Source of the DNA: a bacterium
GTDB taxonomy: Bacteria; Electryoneota; Electryoneia; Electryoneales; Electryoneaceae
Length of the DNA: 64,000 nt
Direction of reading: 5' to 3'
Assembly: GCA_963669175.1 (NCBI GenBank)
Contig: OY769902.1
Coordinates: 1,664,001 to 1,728,000, forward strand
Each line of letters opens with the position of its first letter. Position 1 is the first letter of the stretch. Under the pieces are notes generated by a model. That model saw only the letters and a program-made list of their open reading frames with translations. It searched no databases and was not told the origin of the DNA. Positions 39,858 through 48,851 of the stretch are shown here, piece after piece. A program made the position numbers and the translations under genes.

Positions 39858-39888
39858 AAAAAACGGGCGCCCCTTGATGAGCGCCCGT
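39858..39888 (-). terminator. Rho-independent terminator
   Basis: ACGGGCGC..GCGCCCGT hairpin with A6, after the DUF4097 gene. Confidence 0.7.
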
Positions 39889-39916
39889 ATGGATTTCCGT
39901 AGAACCAGAGCCGTGA

Positions 39917-41089
39917 TCAGATTTTCTTGACTTTGATTTTTCCTTGCGTGGTCACTTCCACATCTACACCACCGCCATTAACCGAGCCTGAACCATGGCT
40001 TTTATCCTTATTGATATCAATGGCAAATTCGGAACTGATTTTTCCTGAGCTACCCGTGCTGAGGTCAAAATCATACCCGCCATCACCTGGTAACGCCAGG
40101 GTAACACTGCCCATCCCCGAGCTTAGTTCAATGATGGGATTCTCAATGTCATCGAAACCGAGCAACTCCACATCCAGCGATCCCATCCCTGTGCTGGCGA
40201 CAAGGCTGCATATGCTTTCATCCACGTCAACTCTCCCGGCGCCAGTGCTGATGTCCAGTTTGCCGGTATGGGATTCGACATCAATTGCTCCTGCTCCGGT
40301 GGAAGCTTCAAAGACGCCCTTACATCCCCTGATATTGATATCTCCGCCGCCGGTGCTGACATCGACTTTTACTGTGGCAACGACTTCCTCAAGGTATAAC
40401 GCGCCGCCGCCGGTGCTGAGATCAATTCTGTCGCAGGCGCTGTGAGTCATCTCGCTGCCGCCACCCCCGGTTGATGCATCCACCAGGCTGCCGGTAACAT
40501 GCGACAGCTCGATTCCGCCGCCACCGGTCGAGAGATCCAGGTTGCCGTTGACATGATCGCCTTCGATGGACCCGCCACCCGTCGATGCTTCGATGTCGCC
40601 GGTGATGTTTTCAAAATTAATAGAACCTGCGCCTGTGGAAATGGAAAATTCACCGGTAAGACCGTCGAGTTCAACACCACCGGCCGCAGTAGACGCATGC
40701 ACACTTTGTTTCGCAGGCAAAAAGACCTCGAGATCGAAACTCCATTCACCCTTTGAATTCTGTGATTCACCACGCAACAGGTATCCAGCGTCATCCCGGG
40801 TGAGCTCAGGTATTTCTTTCTCCAGAAGCGCTTCTGCTTCGGCGAAATCCACATCATTTGCGTGGAAAGCGATCGTCAGCAATGGATCACCGGCTTCAAT
40901 GGTCATACTGCCAAGGAAGTGTTCAATCTTGAATAGCTGTCCAGCCTGTGGCTCGAACGTGTATTCGATAACCGCTTTCCAGTCGTCACCATCCTGTTCC
41001 CAGGAAATTTGTGGCTCAGGCGCCGCCAGCAATACAACAGGTAAAGAAAGTAATACCAGCAATACAAGCCAGTGTTTCGCCGTCTTCAT
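39917..41089 (-). CDS. DUF4097-family beta-strand repeat (adhesin-like) protein
   Basis: Signal peptide; many STGGGxI / STGAG repeats. Confidence 0.85.
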   Translation of the reverse strand: MKTAKHWLVLLVLLSLPVVLLAAPEPQISWEQDGDDWKAVIEYTFEPQAGQLFKIEHFLGSMTIEAGDPLLTIAFHANDVDFAEAEALLEKEIPELTRDDAGYLLRGESQNSKGEWSFDLEVFLPAKQSVHASTAAGGVELDGLTGEFSISTGAGSINFENITGDIEASTGGGSIEGDHVNGNLDLSTGGGGIELSHVTGSLVDASTGGGGSEMTHSACDRIDLSTGGGALYLEEVVATVKVDVSTGGGDINIRGCKGVFEASTGAGAIDVESHTGKLDISTGAGRVDVDESICSLVASTGMGSLDVELLGFDDIENPIIELSSGMGSVTLALPGDGGYDFDLSTGSSGKISSEFAIDINKDKSHGSGSVNGGGVDVEVTTQGKIKVKKI

Positions 41090-41322
41090 GGATTCCTCCA
41101 TCCCTGAATGAAAAGTGTCTTACTCCTGTGACAAGGATAAGGGCGAGTTAGTTACAACAAAGAGAGGCGCAGCTATCGACGGTACCGAAAGCAGAGTGGA
41201 AGCATGACAAGAAACTCAAAGATCACACCCATATGCCCTTTATGTCCTGTTACATAGGAGTGCATGAGTTTCATTTTGGGATCATTCTTTGTATGATATC
41301 ATTAGCCAACCAGGGAGCGTTA

Positions 41323-42813
41323 ATGACAGATGTGCCTGCACGCCATGATGCACCGGGTCCGGTAGTTATTACGGACGATGATCCAGCCCAGATTCGCCTG
41401 CTTGAGCACCATATCGCACGGTTGGGATACGAGACCGAATCCTTCCAGTCCGGGGAAGACTTGTTGGAAAGCATCAGCGCCGGGTTAAAGCCGGGGTGCG
41501 TTCTCCTGGATTTGATGATGCCGGGGATCGGGGGCGAGGAGACCCTGAAACGCCTGTCGGTGATGGATGCCGAGATTCCGGTGATCATCGCCAGCGCCCA
41601 GGAGAAGGTGGATGTCGCCATCCGGGTGATGAAACTCGGGGCGTTTGACTATGTTGTGAAACCATTACAACGGGCGGACCTGGAGATCCTGCTACGGAAC
41701 GCCCTGGAACGCCGGGCCATGTCGCTGGAACTCTCACGTTTGCGTGAACAAGTACGTCAGGCCAATGCTTTTGACCGGATGATCGGACGTTCCCCTGCGA
41801 TGAAACGTGTCTTCGCACTTCTCGAAAAAACCCTTCGTAACGATATCACAGTGCTGGTGCTTGGTGAGTCGGGGACTGGAAAAGAACTGGTTGCCCGCGC
41901 CATCCACCAATATGGCCTGCGTTCATCCAAACCGTTTGTCGTTGTCAATTGTGCGGCCATTCCCAAGGAACTGGTAGAATCAGAACTGTTCGGCCATGAG
42001 AAAGGTTCGTTTACCGGTGCAGTAGCACGGAAAATCGGGAAATTTGAGCAGGCGGATGAAGGGACCATCTTCCTGGACGAAATCGGGGAACTGGCGCTCC
42101 CGGTTCAGGCCAAACTTCTACGGGTTTTGCAGGAACGTGAAATCGAGCGAGTCGGCGGCACACACACAATACCGGTGAATGTCCGGGTTATCGCTGCTAC
42201 CAAACAGGAGTTGCCGGATATGGTAGCCGCCGGCAGTTTTCGTGAGGATTTGTTCTACCGTATCAACACGTTTCAGGTTGATCTTCCGCCCCTGCGCGAC
42301 CGACGGGAAGATATTCCCATCCTCATCAATCACTTCATTGATAAGCATCGGTCATCATTGGGAAACAGTACGCTATCCGGTATTGATAAAGATGCCATGA
42401 TCCGGCTGATACACTATGACTGGCAGGGCAATGTTCGCCAGTTGGAAAATGTGATCGCGCGTGCAATAGTGCTGGCTGAGCAGGATCTGATCATGCCATC
42501 TGATCTACCACCCGAGATCGGCGGGGTTGAGGTCAGTGATGATGTTGACTATGCGGAAGAAGAGCCCCTTTCACGAGCTACCGCCCAGGAGTTTGTCTTG
42601 AGGAACAGCGACCCTGCGCTGGTGCCTCTTTTTAATAATCCCGACGATATCCTCCCATTGGAAGAGGTTAAGGAGCGGGTATTCAGAAGGGCCTGGGAGG
42701 TGTGTGATGGCAACACATCGCTTGCCGCGAAAAAACTTGACATCGGACGCGCTACTGCTTTTCGTTTTGTCGATCAATACGGGCTGAGAAGAGAAGCGAA
42801 TTCGGATATGTGA
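41323..42813 (+). CDS. Sigma54-dependent response regulator (NtrC/AtoC family)
   Basis: Receiver (DDD, LLDLMMP, KP), GESGTGKE, ESELFGHEKGSFTGA, FLDEIGE, FREDLFYR, WQGNVRQL, Fis-type HTH. Confidence 0.95.
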   Translation: MTDVPARHDAPGPVVITDDDPAQIRLLEHHIARLGYETESFQSGEDLLESISAGLKPGCVLLDLMMPGIGGEETLKRLSVMDAEIPVIIASAQEKVDVAIRVMKLGAFDYVVKPLQRADLEILLRNALERRAMSLELSRLREQVRQANAFDRMIGRSPAMKRVFALLEKTLRNDITVLVLGESGTGKELVARAIHQYGLRSSKPFVVVNCAAIPKELVESELFGHEKGSFTGAVARKIGKFEQADEGTIFLDEIGELALPVQAKLLRVLQEREIERVGGTHTIPVNVRVIAATKQELPDMVAAGSFREDLFYRINTFQVDLPPLRDRREDIPILINHFIDKHRSSLGNSTLSGIDKDAMIRLIHYDWQGNVRQLENVIARAIVLAEQDLIMPSDLPPEIGGVEVSDDVDYAEEEPLSRATAQEFVLRNSDPALVPLFNNPDDILPLEEVKERVFRRAWEVCDGNTSLAAKKLDIGRATAFRFVDQYGLRREANSDM

Positions 42814-43165
42814 ACCAATGATCTCGGCAGTTTTCACGTTATGGTATTCGAGTATTTCACTAATGGCATTTACAAATGTGATATTTGATAGAACGGAAAG
42901 GGCAAGAACCACGGAAGTGGTTCTCTGAATTAGCCCACCGTCCAGCGCCGTCTGTTTGGCGCTCACGGTAGGAAAAGGATGCGTTCACTTTGCCAACTCC
43001 GGCAGCGAGTTGCCTAATGGCTTGTGCTGTATATTTATGATAATACAAAGATTAATCCTGTTTGCTGTCGATTCGCGATATTGTGAATTGTGTTGAGAAA
43101 ATACTTCCAATTTTGGATTATTGCTTTATCCAACCCGCTTCGGGGTTGAAAAAGAGGTGTCTTTC

Positions 43166-43235
43166 TACCCGGGGTGCGCGCTAAAAAGACAGCGCGTACC
43201 CCGGGCTCACTTATTGTACTCCTTCGGAGTACCCC
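43166..43235. repeat. REP-like hairpins (CCCGGGGT..ACCCCGGG / TACTCCTTCGGAGTA)
   Basis: Nested palindromes; related hairpins at 63460-63545. Confidence 0.55.
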
Positions 43236-43636
43236 GGTGTCTGGCTGTTCAGTCGGGTATCAGGTCGGTCTGTTCCGTCAAGTTGGCTGATCAGTCGGGC
43301 AATCAGATCTGGCTGTTAGGTAGGAAAGTCATAAAAGGTAGTTGGGGATAGCTATCAGGTCAGTCTGTTTGAGGTTGTTCAGAATTCTGTTCATGAATTC
43401 CTGTTAGATTTCCGGATGGACAGGCATACGCCGGTTGGCGCACAGGTGTCCGGGGCAACAATCTACCTTCTTTACTTTTTTACTTCTTCCCCCTGTGATT
43501 TTGAACAACACCCTCCTGCAAGTGTGTTAGAAATCACACAATAACGGAATTGCAATCTGGTAAGGAAAATATAATAATTCTATAAATATTAAATGGTAAT
43601 GCTCTACGGAATGTGCAATCAGTCTGAGAAGTCAAT

Positions 43637-43651
43637 TGGCACATGGGTTGC
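43637..43651 (+). promoter_or_regulatory. Sigma54 (-24/-12) promoter
   Basis: TGGCAC-ATGGG-TTGC consensus 45 bp upstream of the 43696 ATG; AT-rich tract upstream; activator gene adjacent. Confidence 0.8.
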
Positions 43652-43695
43652 GAAACATGATTGCAGCGGAGCCATGTGTACAATTGGAGGATCTC

Positions 43696-44664
43696 ATGCA
43701 CAACCGTAAAAATTTCTGGCTGTTCCTGCTTTTTATCCCCGCATTCCTGGTGCCGGTGGTAGCGATAGGTAGTACCGCGACTGGTATAGACCTTTCGGGC
43801 GACCAGCCGATCGCGTTTCGGGCCCAATCCGGACCGATGATGGATGGCCCGGTTGAAAAGGTACGTGAAGCCATCAAGAAGGTCGCATCGGGCGCTTCTG
43901 AAGACTTTTCATCCGTTTCCATGGATGACGAGGAAGAGGATGAAGATGATGATGCGTATGAATGGCATCGTTGGGGAAAAGACAAGAAGGAACGGCATTA
44001 CGACCGTTTTCATGGCATGGGCGGCTTCATTGTAAGCTACCAGATGTTCAGCTCGGATGACCTGGATAAACTGGCTGACCAGATGGGTGTGGAGCGTCTT
44101 GACGGTGGCATGGTTACCTTCGGCGGCTTCGGCATGGGGTATGTGGGTCGTGGCTGGTACATCGGCGGTGGTGGTTTCGGTGGTTATACGCGCTCAACCG
44201 GAGTATATGTCGATACCAATGGCGACTCGTACAACCGTGAGCTTGGCGTCGGCTTCGGCGGCGGTGGTTTCATGTTTGAATACGCTCCCCTGATGCTGGG
44301 GCCGGTGAATATCGGCGCGGGGGCGCTGGTCGGTGGTGGCGGCCTGTATGTACGGATGATACAGGATACAGGCATTTACACATGGGATGACCTGAGCCGT
44401 CCCTATTGGGATGACCCTGTGGCCTATGATGCCGAGAACACGGAGACCGAGATTGACCAGGGCTTCTTCCTGTTCCAGCCTTATGTCAGTGCACGTATCA
44501 AGGCGCTTGACTGGATGGGATTCACCGCATCAGTAGGATACAATCTGACAGCGGTAGGAGAAGGCAAAGACTGGTATTTCAACGATACAGAGATCAAGGG
44601 CGGTGGCCCTGACGTGTCTGCCAGTAATGTATTCTATCGTGTCGGTGTCATCTTCGGTGGATGA
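43696..44664 (+). CDS. Secreted Gly/aromatic-rich probable outer-membrane beta-barrel protein
   Basis: RBS GGAGG; signal peptide; acidic linker; amphipathic strands ending FYRVGVIFGG. Confidence 0.7.
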   Translation: MHNRKNFWLFLLFIPAFLVPVVAIGSTATGIDLSGDQPIAFRAQSGPMMDGPVEKVREAIKKVASGASEDFSSVSMDDEEEDEDDDAYEWHRWGKDKKERHYDRFHGMGGFIVSYQMFSSDDLDKLADQMGVERLDGGMVTFGGFGMGYVGRGWYIGGGGFGGYTRSTGVYVDTNGDSYNRELGVGFGGGGFMFEYAPLMLGPVNIGAGALVGGGGLYVRMIQDTGIYTWDDLSRPYWDDPVAYDAENTETEIDQGFFLFQPYVSARIKALDWMGFTASVGYNLTAVGEGKDWYFNDTEIKGGGPDVSASNVFYRVGVIFGG

Positions 44665-44749
44665 CAGGCAGGCATTGACAAACGCTGAAAATCGTGAGTC
44701 GGTTCAACATAAAGATGTAAACGTCTGCAAGACGGACTCTGGACAAACG

Positions 44750-44788
44750 AATGCCCCGGTACCCTGAAACCGGGGCGTTTGCTGTTTG
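44750..44788. terminator. Terminator hairpin between convergent genes
   Basis: GCCCCGGT-ACCCTGAA-ACCGGGGC followed by GTTTGCTGTTT. Confidence 0.55.
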
Positions 44789-44865
44789 TGGCAGGAAGGA
44801 TTCTTCCTACAGGGTGACACTGAAAGGATAGACATCAAATACAATATGAATACGGATGGCACAGC

Positions 44866-45990
44866 TTATCCCCTGAATCCCATAGCACGCCAGACACGGA
44901 ACTGGTTTTCTACCAATTCTGACGGTGAGGGTTCCTGCAGAATCCGCCGGTAGGCATTCTGTCCCATGGCGCGGGCATCATCCATGTTACGGGCCAGTTG
45001 GAGCAGAACTGACGCGTAATGTGCCGGATTACGTGTGCCGATCAGCGATCCGCTCTTGCCATCTTCCACCAACCTGGCAATGTCGCCGACCCGGGCGCAT
45101 ACGGAAGGCCGTGCAGCGATCATGGCTTCAAGCAGCGCGTTGGGCGTGCCTTCGTAGTGAGAAGTCAGCAGGAAAACGTGGGATCGTGCCAGCACCGCCG
45201 GGATATCATCCTGAAAGCCCAGGAATTCCACGTTGTCCTGTATAGCCAGGTCCTGTGCCAGTGTCCTCAGCCGTGCTTCTTCCACACCACGTCCGCACAG
45301 CAGAAAGCGCCAGGGATTCTTGTACTGTTTAGCAAAATGTGACAAGCTTCTAAAAGCGAGATCCCAATCCTTTTCCGGGTTCAATCTGCCGATTCCAATA
45401 ATCGTGAAGGCATCATCCTGCGGCCATGCAGGCGCTGGGCGAGAGCGGTCCACATCAACTGCGTTGGGAACAAACTCAACCTGTTTCGGCGCAAAGGGAC
45501 CATGAATCTGTTGCAGGCGTGCGGCTGTATCGGCGCTGTTGGCGAGGATTGTACCGGGATAGCGTACGCATAATCCGGAAAGAAGCCGACCATTGGCGCG
45601 GATCATGGCGTTCCAGTCGCTGCGAATGCTGCCGGTTACCAGCGCAGGTATGCTTCGCGCTGCCAACCAGGTTGGAAAGTTGGTGTAGAATGCCATGGAA
45701 TGGACAATCTCGGGGCGTGCAGTTGTCAGCAGACGTCGAAGCATCCGGACTTTCCCCCAAGAATTCAACCCGGCCGGAATCGGGATCACATCGACACCAA
45801 GCTCACGCCAGACCGGCATCCAGGGTGAATCTTCCTTATGGGTGAAAGAGACCACCAGGGGCTTATACCGGTCAATGTCCACGTGGGACAGGATATGGTT
45901 TAACTGACGTTCTATGCCGCCATCATCGAGGTTCCCGACAACATATACCAGACGGTTGTGGTTGGATCCCGGATGGTCTGCTGGCGTCAT
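44866..45990 (-). CDS. GT4-family glycosyltransferase
   Basis: GGIERQL, IGRLNPEKD, EGTPNALLEAM (ExxxxxxxE). Confidence 0.9.
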   Translation of the reverse strand: MTPADHPGSNHNRLVYVVGNLDDGGIERQLNHILSHVDIDRYKPLVVSFTHKEDSPWMPVWRELGVDVIPIPAGLNSWGKVRMLRRLLTTARPEIVHSMAFYTNFPTWLAARSIPALVTGSIRSDWNAMIRANGRLLSGLCVRYPGTILANSADTAARLQQIHGPFAPKQVEFVPNAVDVDRSRPAPAWPQDDAFTIIGIGRLNPEKDWDLAFRSLSHFAKQYKNPWRFLLCGRGVEEARLRTLAQDLAIQDNVEFLGFQDDIPAVLARSHVFLLTSHYEGTPNALLEAMIAARPSVCARVGDIARLVEDGKSGSLIGTRNPAHYASVLLQLARNMDDARAMGQNAYRRILQEPSPSELVENQFRVWRAMGFRG

Positions 45991-47546
45991 TGACCTCCTC
46001 CGAAAACCAGGGGAATCTGGTATCGCAGGTAAGCCGTATAGGTTTCAAGGTCGCTGTTGAAGGTTCCATCGGTGTTGCTGTCCAGATCCATATGTGTTTC
46101 CAAGCCAAGCTGCAGGCCCGGTAAAGGTTCCGCGGAAATGTCAAGCCGTAAATACGTATTCTCGTGGTAACGTCCGGACGGGAAAGGCTGATCAATAAAC
46201 GAATCGGCAAAATCGGAATACGGATCGTTGATAATGGAATTCTCGCCCCACCTGTACGAACCGTACGCTGCCTCAAGGATCATGGGCCAGCCGAATACCA
46301 TGCGGCCACCCACTTCGTACCGGTCCGCATCGTTGCCGATGGGGTGGAACAGCAGTTCACCACGGGACACAAAATTATTGGTGCCGACAAAATGCTGGAG
46401 GGTATAGGTGTTGATCCGGAGATATTCGCTGAACAGGGTCACGCCCATCCAGCGCGAGCGAGCGAATTGCGGTGTCCAGGCCAGCCGTCCCAGGTATGCC
46501 ATGTTGTCCGGACGGCCCTCTTCACGATCCTCATCGTCAAGCTGGAATTCATCCATTAAAAGGGTGGTGCTGATACGGAGCTGGTTGAATGCATACCAGT
46601 CCAGGTAGGATACCCAGACAGCATTGTTGAAATCGGCGGAAGTCGCATTGGAACGGTTATTCTGGTCCGTTTCAAGGTGCAGGGCAATGGGATTGAGGAA
46701 GGCCAAATCAAGCGGACGGTCGATTCCTGACAGAATCGTGATTTCACCCAACCCAAGCAGGAAGTTCTTCCCGTTGGAATATTCCAGCATACGTCCGGAG
46801 ATATACCGCTGGAACACATTTTGGGTGCCCGGTTCTTCATAGGCTTCCAGGAAACCGTAGAAGTAACGAGCTTTCATCTTCCAGAAGGAAAGGGTTACCG
46901 ATAGTCTTTCGTAGGACGGCTGATTGGCGGAGAGGACCAGGTTATTCTCGGTGAGCGGTCCCCAGATATTACGGTTGCGCCCGTACTCCACCTGGTACCA
47001 ATCGCCTTTTATCCCCAGGTAAGCCTGGTCAAACTCACCGGTATCGAACCCGAAACGGCTCCGGTCACGCGCCACTCCGGTAAAATGCGGCATGCTGGCG
47101 GCTTCGTTGGTTGCCTGGGAATAAATGCCACCGTAGATATTTTCATGGAAGATAAAATTGACCAGCATACGTGGCTGAAGTGCGACGTCGTCATAGGTTT
47201 TTGCATCGCCGGATTGTGAGGCGAAGCCCAGGCCGGGCATGGCAACCACACCGATGCCGTTACGCGACTTATCGCGTGCCGCATCAATCTTGCTGCCCCA
47301 GCGGTCGAACGATTTCAACATCCAACGGTAGGCTGTATGTTCCGATTCCCAGCGTACTCCTTTTGCCGGGAGCGGATGCTCGAGCTGCTGATCCTCCCAG
47401 AAGTAGCCTGCATCCAGCAGGTACTCGGTCCGTTTGGAATATTCAAAGTCAAGCGGAAATACCTGCGCCAGTCCCGTCTGTGCCAGGAGAACTAGCAGTA
47501 TCAGCCCAAGTACACCTTTACCTGTCAGTTCATGCTTTGAATTCAT
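45987..47546 (-). CDS. Capsule assembly Wzi-like outer-membrane protein
   Basis: QAYL, YGRNRNIWGP, FLNPI, DEFQ, HPIGNDAD; located in the polysaccharide cluster; start uncertain. Confidence 0.7.
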   Translation of the reverse strand: MNSKHELTGKGVLGLILLVLLAQTGLAQVFPLDFEYSKRTEYLLDAGYFWEDQQLEHPLPAKGVRWESEHTAYRWMLKSFDRWGSKIDAARDKSRNGIGVVAMPGLGFASQSGDAKTYDDVALQPRMLVNFIFHENIYGGIYSQATNEAASMPHFTGVARDRSRFGFDTGEFDQAYLGIKGDWYQVEYGRNRNIWGPLTENNLVLSANQPSYERLSVTLSFWKMKARYFYGFLEAYEEPGTQNVFQRYISGRMLEYSNGKNFLLGLGEITILSGIDRPLDLAFLNPIALHLETDQNNRSNATSADFNNAVWVSYLDWYAFNQLRISTTLLMDEFQLDDEDREEGRPDNMAYLGRLAWTPQFARSRWMGVTLFSEYLRINTYTLQHFVGTNNFVSRGELLFHPIGNDADRYEVGGRMVFGWPMILEAAYGSYRWGENSIINDPYSDFADSFIDQPFPSGRYHENTYLRLDISAEPLPGLQLGLETHMDLDSNTDGTFNSDLETYTAYLRYQIPLVFGGGQ

Positions 47547-48747
47547 CTGCAATAGCTTGAACGCTTTCCACGACATAATCAACCTCGTCATCACGCATGG
47601 TTGGGAAGATCGGTAGAGAAATCAGTCTCGGCCACCAGGCGGCAGCATTTGGGAAATCAGAAGCTTTGTATCCGTATGTATTCACATAGTATGGATGCAT
47701 GTGCAGCGGTAGATAATGAACCGAACAGAATACTTCGCGTTTTACCAACTCGTCAATAAATGCCGCCCGGTCAATACGCAGTGTGTCCAGGTTCAGGCCA
47801 ATCTCATACAGGTGCCAGGAATGTTGATGTGTTTCCGGCGAATCAGGCGGTAAATGAATAGCAGCGCACTCAGCAAGACCGGCGTTCAAGCGTGTCGCCA
47901 CACGAAGCCTTTCTGCCAGCAGTTCATCCGCGCGCTCCAATTGGTGAAGGCCCAAAGCGCCAGCGAGATCGGTCATGTTGTACTTGTATCCCGGTGCGAT
48001 AATCTCGTAATACCAGGATCCGATTTGCTGGAATCGCTTCCACGCATCCCGGCTCATGCCATGCAGGGACATCACCTGCATACGTTCTGCCAGTTCATCA
48101 TCGTCGGTTATCGCCATGCCACCTTCGCCGGTGGTGATGCACTTGTTGGCATAGAAGGAGAAGCAGCCAACTTTCCCGAAACGGCCGGCATCTTTCCAGT
48201 CACCGTTCGTCGTTTTGAATTTGCTGGGGAAGGCGTGGGCAGCATCTTCAACAATCGTCAGATCGTGCTGTTCGGCAATGGCTGTGATTTTATCCATGTC
48301 ACAGCAATATCCGCCATAATGCATTGGAATGACTGCTTTCAGCGGACCATACTGGGAAGGAGAAAGACCGGCTGTCGGTTTGCCGCTTTCCAGGTCCAGA
48401 ATGGTCTTTTCCAAAGCCTCCGGGTCCATGCACCAGGTATCATCACAGTCGACAAAGACAGGGATGGCGCCAAAATAGCGTACAACTTCCGCAGTAGCGG
48501 CGAAAGTCAGTGTCGGCGCCAGGACCATATCGCCCTGCTTAATCCCGATCGCTTCCAGGGCAAGGTGCATGGCAGCGGTACATGAATTCACTGCAATGGC
48601 GTGTTTTACACCCAGGCGTTCAGCAAAGTTCTTTTCAAACTGTTTTACTTTCGGGCCGGTTGTCAGCCACCCGTTCCGAAGCGAATCGGTCACTTCGGCA
48701 ATCTCAGTTTCGCTCAATTCGACACGAAAAAAAGGGACACCACTCAT
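47530..48747 (-). CDS. DegT/DnrJ/EryC1/StrS sugar aminotransferase
   Basis: GWLTTGPKV, VNSCTAAMHLAL, VEDAAHA, SFYANKCITTGEGG (PLP Lys). Confidence 0.95.
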   Translation of the reverse strand: MSGVPFFRVELSETEIAEVTDSLRNGWLTTGPKVKQFEKNFAERLGVKHAIAVNSCTAAMHLALEAIGIKQGDMVLAPTLTFAATAEVVRYFGAIPVFVDCDDTWCMDPEALEKTILDLESGKPTAGLSPSQYGPLKAVIPMHYGGYCCDMDKITAIAEQHDLTIVEDAAHAFPSKFKTTNGDWKDAGRFGKVGCFSFYANKCITTGEGGMAITDDDELAERMQVMSLHGMSRDAWKRFQQIGSWYYEIIAPGYKYNMTDLAGALGLHQLERADELLAERLRVATRLNAGLAECAAIHLPPDSPETHQHSWHLYEIGLNLDTLRIDRAAFIDELVKREVFCSVHYLPLHMHPYYVNTYGYKASDFPNAAAWWPRLISLPIFPTMRDDEVDYVVESVQAIADEFKA

Positions 48748-48851
48748 TGTCCCGCCTTCCTGAAAAAATGTCAATGACAAACGTGCAACACGACAAAGTT
48801 GCACGTATTCCACTACTACTCACGGAAAACTATTTTCCGTTTTTACAAAGG

